NCBI GenBank assembly: GCA_951406725.2
Contig: OX597831.1
Coordinates: 26,784,001 to 26,848,000 of the forward strand
Direction of reading: 5' to 3'
Length of the DNA: 64,000 nucleotides
Source: Octopus vulgaris
Lineage: Eukaryota
Position numbers and translations under genes: made by a program. Below the pieces are notes generated by a model. It was not told the origin of the DNA. It was given only the letters and a program-made list of their open reading frames with translations, and ran no database searches. The stretch's first letter is position 1. Every line of letters starts with the position of its first letter. Of this stretch, positions 59,584-64,000 are shown one piece after another.

Positions 59584-59921
59584 GTGAAGGCGCATGGCTC
59601 AGTGGTTAGAGCGTCGAGCTTACGATCGTGAGGTTGTGAGCTCGAATCCCGGACCGGGCTGCGTGTTGTGTTCTTGAGCAAAGCACTTTATTTCACGTTG
59701 CTCCAGTTCACTCAGCTGTAGAAATTAGTTGCGACGTCACAGGTGCCAAGCTGTATCGACCTTTGTCTTTCCCTTGGATAACACTGGTGGCGTGGAGAGG
59801 GAGGCTGGTATGCATGGGCGACTGCTGGTCTTCCATAAACAACCTTGCCCGGACTTGTGTCTAGGAGGGTAACTTTCTAGGTGCAATCCCATGGTCATTC
59901 ATGACCGAAGGGGGTCTTTAC
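59584..59921 (+). mobile_element. tRNA-derived SINE, D-type head with CORE-like centre and a third tail type
   Basis: TGGCTCAGTGG A box, GAGCTCGAATCCC B box, TTCTTGAGCAAAGCACTTTATTTCACGTTGCTCCAGTTCACTCAGCTGTAGAAAT. Confidence 0.8.
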
Positions 59922-59940
59922 CGTTTATATATCATAACAG

Positions 59941-60130
59941 AATAACTTCTCCCCTTTTACGTCGACAATGTTTTCGACGCACTTGGTTCATTGGCGCACA
60001 GGATTCTATGAGTAACTGAGTGCTTCTGACCGACGAGACATAACATGTCGAAAAACTAGTGTCCAAGAATCCCGTGCGCCCACGAGCCGAGCGTGTTGAA
60101 CACATTCTTGTCGCAAAAGGGAGAAGTTAT
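59941..60130. repeat. Imperfect inverted repeat with ~66-bp arms (MITE-like)
   Basis: AATAACTTCTCCC..GGCGCACAGGATTCT versus AGAATCCCGTGCGCC..GGGAGAAGTTATT. Confidence 0.75.
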
Positions 60131-60194
60131 TTTCTTTGGACATACATTGCAACGACCAACTTATTCTACGTCTGAACCAGCTCTACAAGCATGT

Positions 60195-60520
60195 ATGTAT
60201 GTATGTCATTGTTCAGTTTTATTTCAAGATTTCTTGCCAATAAAGAACCGGTTTCTAACCTAGATTCAAGGCTCCTTCACTGGAATCTCAACACCAACAA
60301 CACGATATTTTTTGTATGTATGTATGTGTGTAGATTTGTATGTTTTGCTTTATGTATGTATTCTCATTCATATAGTTGCATATCTAGGCATGCTTATATA
60401 TATTTAAATGATAAAACTTCTGGAAAGTTTTACAGATTTTTACAGTTCCAGTGGTAGATTGGATTTGTAGTCTTTAAATTAGCTTTCTCCTTTCTGGTTT
60501 TGAGAAGCCTAAATTCTCAA
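60195..60520 (+). mobile_element. Short repeat family K (unclassified)
   Basis: AACCGGTTTCTAACCTAGATTCAAGGCTCCTTCACTGGAA. Reverse-strand copies lie at ~37940-38098 and ~9330-9450. Confidence 0.65.
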
Positions 60521-60728
60521 GATTGGTATTTTGGCAATGTGTGCGCGTGTGTGTGTAGATTAGTTAGATATAGTATATGTGTGCAGTCTAGCGATGGGTT
60601 AGCTGGCTGAAACTTCGCAGTCACTCTCAATAATATTCGTAAGAATAATATAATATGCATACATGTGTGTGTGTGTGTATAAATTTGTTGATAGAAACAC
60701 TGATTGATATAGATATATAGACATATAC

Positions 60729-61091
60729 AGTCGATCAGATCGACCCTAGTACGCGACTGGTACTTAAATTTATCGACTCCGAAAGGATGAAAGGCAAATT
60801 CGACCTCGGCGGAATTTGAACTCAGAACGTAAAGACACACGAAATATCGCTATGCATTTCACCCGGCGTGCTAACGTTTCTTATTTCTTTATTACCCACA
60901 AGGGGCTAAACATAGAGGGGACAAACAAGGATAGACAAAGAGATTAAGTCGATTACATCGACCCCAGTGCGTAACTGGTACTTTATTTATCGACCCCGAA
61001 AGGATGAAAGGCAAAGTCGACCTCGGCGGAATTTGAACTCAGAGCATAAAGACAGACAAAATACCGCTAAGCATTTCGCCCGGTATGTAAC
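60729..61091 (-). mobile_element. SINE family B dimer
   Basis: The GAAAGGATGAAAGGCAAA.TCGACCTCGGCGGAATTTGAACTCAGA core appears twice. Confidence 0.88.
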
Positions 61092-61413
61092 GCTTCTGCC
61101 AGCTCGCCGCCTTTTCCAGATATACATATATTTATATAAGCATGTGTACGCGTGTACATATAAGTGCGTATATGCGAATATATATATATATATTCCAAGA
61201 AATCTAATGCTCGTAGCTTAGGTTTTCATTGGGGCTGGCCGGATCGGAGCGATCTCAAGATTAATCAGCCGAAATTCCGAGGATGATCCGATTCTTGACT
61301 GAAGATTAGAGGCTTCGAATGACCCGTTCGTTTTTTGTGTTGTCTATTTGAATGTTTTGCGTTCTTGTCCCATTTTGTATTTCTATATATATTTTTTATA
61401 TATACATATATAT

Positions 61414-61493
<80 letters not shown>

Positions 61494-61742
61494 TAAATAA
61501 AACATATGCATATATACATACATATATGTACATACCTAATACCTACCTCTACATGTATATATACATGCGGGTACAGGACACTCAAAAAGACGTCGAACAC
61601 AATGAGAAACGAAAACATAAACACAAAACCAAGGAACTGAACATTTTTCTTAAACAACGAAAAAATAGAGTACAGGACAAATAACACAAGGAAAATTCCC
61701 CTTCTTCAGTCGCCATGGTTTCATCTACTCTACGTTCGAAGG

Positions 61743-62147
61743 TCAGATCATCCCATAAGTTCTATCTGAATTTTGAATAAAGAAAACAAGTGATCAAAGG
61801 TTATATTTAATTGAAATTTTATCATCAATGTACTTTCCCTGTTTATCTATTACTTCCTTCCATCTATTTACAAGCTTTTTAATCCCATCAATGTAAAACT
61901 CTTTCGGTTTCAAAGCGAAGAACTCTGAAATGTCAGTTTTGACCAACTCCTGGCTTGCGAAAGTTATGTCCCCCAAATGATTCTGTAAACTACGAAACAA
62001 ATGGTAGTCTGAAGGAGCAAGGTCGGGAGAATAAGGTGGACAAGCTTTTTAACCCCATCAATGTAAAACCCTTTTGGTTTCAAAGCGAAGAACTCTGAAA
62101 TGTCAGTTTCGATCTCCTCCTGGCTTGCGAAAGTTATGTCTCCCAAA
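61743..62147 (-). pseudogene. Mariner transposase C-terminus plus TIR, with ~107-bp partial duplication
   Basis: PYSPDLAPSDYHLFRSLQNHL..FYIDGIKKLVNRWKEVIDKQGKYI. TIR-like TCAGATCATCCCATAAGTT at 61743. 62041-62147 repeats ~61870-61977. Confidence 0.88.
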
Positions 62148-62472
62148 TACACATACACACACACACATATGTTTTTATGCATATGTACCCGTGTGTATAT
62201 ATGTATATGTTTATACATAGATTTATACAAACATACATACATATGGTTTAGTATAATATATATACGTGTGTGTGTGTGTATTTTCCCCTTGTTTACAATT
62301 AACATGGAAAAATAGATAAACACTTTCCAGGGCAGCAAAAAATTACACAAATAATAAGGGCGTAACACCTTGTTTTTAAAGGTAGAAACTCTGGGTTTAT
62401 GTGAAATATTTTGTATAATATATATAAATAAATAAATGGAGTTAAACGCGGGTGTTATTCAAATTCTTTTAC

Positions 62473-62557
62473 TTCCGACACATGTTTCAAAGATAACATT
62501 GTTATTATTCCAAAGGAATAAAATGGTGTAAAACAATGTAATCTTCTCTTCGGGGAA
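62473..62557 (-). ncRNA. Type I hammerhead motif with extended stem II (family I)
   Basis: Minus strand TTCC-CCGAAGA, stem II GAAGATTACATTG/CAATGTTATCTTT, GAAA-CATGTG-TC-GGAA, with a U4C change. The 3' half recurs at ~11006-11035 (+) with perfect palindrome ACATATGT. Confidence 0.7.
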
Positions 62558-62749
62558 AAAAAGAAATAAAAAAAACTCGTCAATAAGACATTTTAACAGA
62601 ATATGATGGATATGTATAATGATGAACGGAACACTATTAAGTTTTTTTTTAAAAATGTTAGAGGATATAACCTCAAAGGTAGCCTGTAGAAAGAAGAGCG
62701 GTAAAGGAAAGAAAAAAAGCAGGAACCAAATAAATGAGAAATATGTTTG

Positions 62750-62853
<104 letters not shown>

Positions 62854-63068
62854 TGTGTGTGTGTATGTATGTATGTATGTATGTATGTAAGTGTGCCAGT
62901 ATCTTTCTATATATTATACATATTATGTTTGTATGTTTCCATGTCAGTATGCATATATGTGTACGCTTGTATATATGAAGATATGTAAGATATGTAGCAG
63001 GTATGTATTTACATATCGATATATAAGCATAAGTGTAGCTATGTGTGTAAGTATTACGAATGATGCTG

Positions 63069-63126
<58 letters not shown>

Positions 63127-63858
63127 AGCATTTATCCTTCGTGTGACTTTCAATTGCATCTAGTGGTGGAATCCTGGTTAGAGAGTTCGCGGCTTTTGAC
63201 GAGTTTGGAATCACTTCTTAACCATTATTGTTCCCTGAACTGCTGTAGTACTCTGAACTGCTGTAGTAGCATGTGTCAGGGTCCCGGCTATGGGTTGATT
63301 AACATATTAGGGCTCGCCTACTTATGCATGTAAAAATAGATCTAGCAGGCTCTGTTGAAGAAACCTTCATGGTTCAACGGAGAGAAAGGTGGCTGCAGCA
63401 ACGGATTGTGACAATACGAGACAAGTAAGGACATCTTAGTCATTCACTGCATCTATCTCCATCTTCAGTCGTCCTGACTTGGTCTTACCACGGACTTGAA
63501 GTTCATCACAGATGAGAGAGTGAGGTTGATGGTGCACAACACTTCATCACCTTAAACAAAGTCACCGCTCAAGTCACTACCCATACTTAAGTATGACCAG
63601 ATAGTCCTCTTCGCTCCGACGGACGAACGTGCGTGAATATATATGTTTGGGTTTCATTATGTTCCAATGTATGTATTATGTAAGTGTATGTAATGCTTGC
63701 ATGTTACTGGAGACACCGTTCGTTACGCAAAACGATTTCTATTCGAAAAATTATTCGTAAATCGTCCAAATACACACAGAAATATCTACATAACTCACTC
63801 AACCTTCATACTGCTCAAAATGGATAAGCATTCTTCTGTTGCGCATCCATTAATGCTA

Positions 63859-63994
63859 CATCGCCTGAAGAAATGAATCCATGAAGATGATCTACATGAT
63901 GCCCACGAATGCTACAGACTACACTGTTATCATCCCAAGAACACGGACTGTGGTCTTAAGTGACATGTGATTTGTGGAAACGCGCGTAGTGGTG
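63859..63994 (+). ncRNA. Type I hammerhead ribozyme with intact core nucleotides and long stem/loop II
   Basis: Stem I CATCGC/GTGGTG (extendable TAATG/CATTA), CTGAAGA 63865-63871, stem II ATGAATC-CATG/CATG-T-GATTTGT, GAAA 63977-63980, palindrome ACGCGCGT, GTA triplet ending at 63988. Confidence 0.7.
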
Positions 63995-64000
63995 CATTAA

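Noticed and set aside
59584-59660. tRNA gene candidates (also 13480-13553, 39757-39825 and others)
   Set aside because: A and B boxes are present, but there is no complete cloverleaf with acceptor stem and they continue into SINE bodies.
61244-61320. SECIS element interpretation of the family G hairpin
   Set aside because: It lacks the RUGA/GA quartet with a correctly spaced apical AA, and there is no linked UGA-containing ORF.
63180-63600. Possible RTE-type LINE 5' UTR
   Set aside because: The resemblance is from memory only and there is no adjacent ORF to confirm it.

Overview
Eukaryotic, AT-rich, repeat-dominated intergenic or intronic DNA. The extreme (TA)n/(TG)n/(TATG)n density and the tRNA-derived SINE families suggest a coleoid cephalopod (Octopus-like); this is inferred, not searched. 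I find no credible host protein-coding gene, and almost all ORFs in the track are microsatellite artefacts. Recognisable coding remnants are all transposon-derived: a Helitron Rep/PIF1-helicase pseudogene with a 711-bp internal tandem duplication and intact hairpin-CTAG 3' end (~27430-30020), a DD37D/maT-like Tc1/mariner with TIRs (50439-51674), three mariner fragments, a Penelope-like GIY-YIG fragment, an RTE LINE tail and an R4/Dong LINE tail inside (TAA)n. There are also dozens of SINE copies (some with TSDs, some as tandem multimers, some with swapped heads and tails), two non-autonomous Helitrons, MITE-like hairpins and a 5' U2 snRNA fragment. The most interesting signal is non-coding. 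About ten hammerhead-ribozyme (HHR) motifs from unrelated short repeat families lie on both strands. Many have palindromic stem III and unusually long stem/loop II, and two retain all conserved core nucleotides. One sits downstream of a tRNA-type Pol III head (a SINE/retrozyme hybrid), and one family folds as a circularly permuted, type II-like hammerhead. All folds were assigned by eye and are untested.
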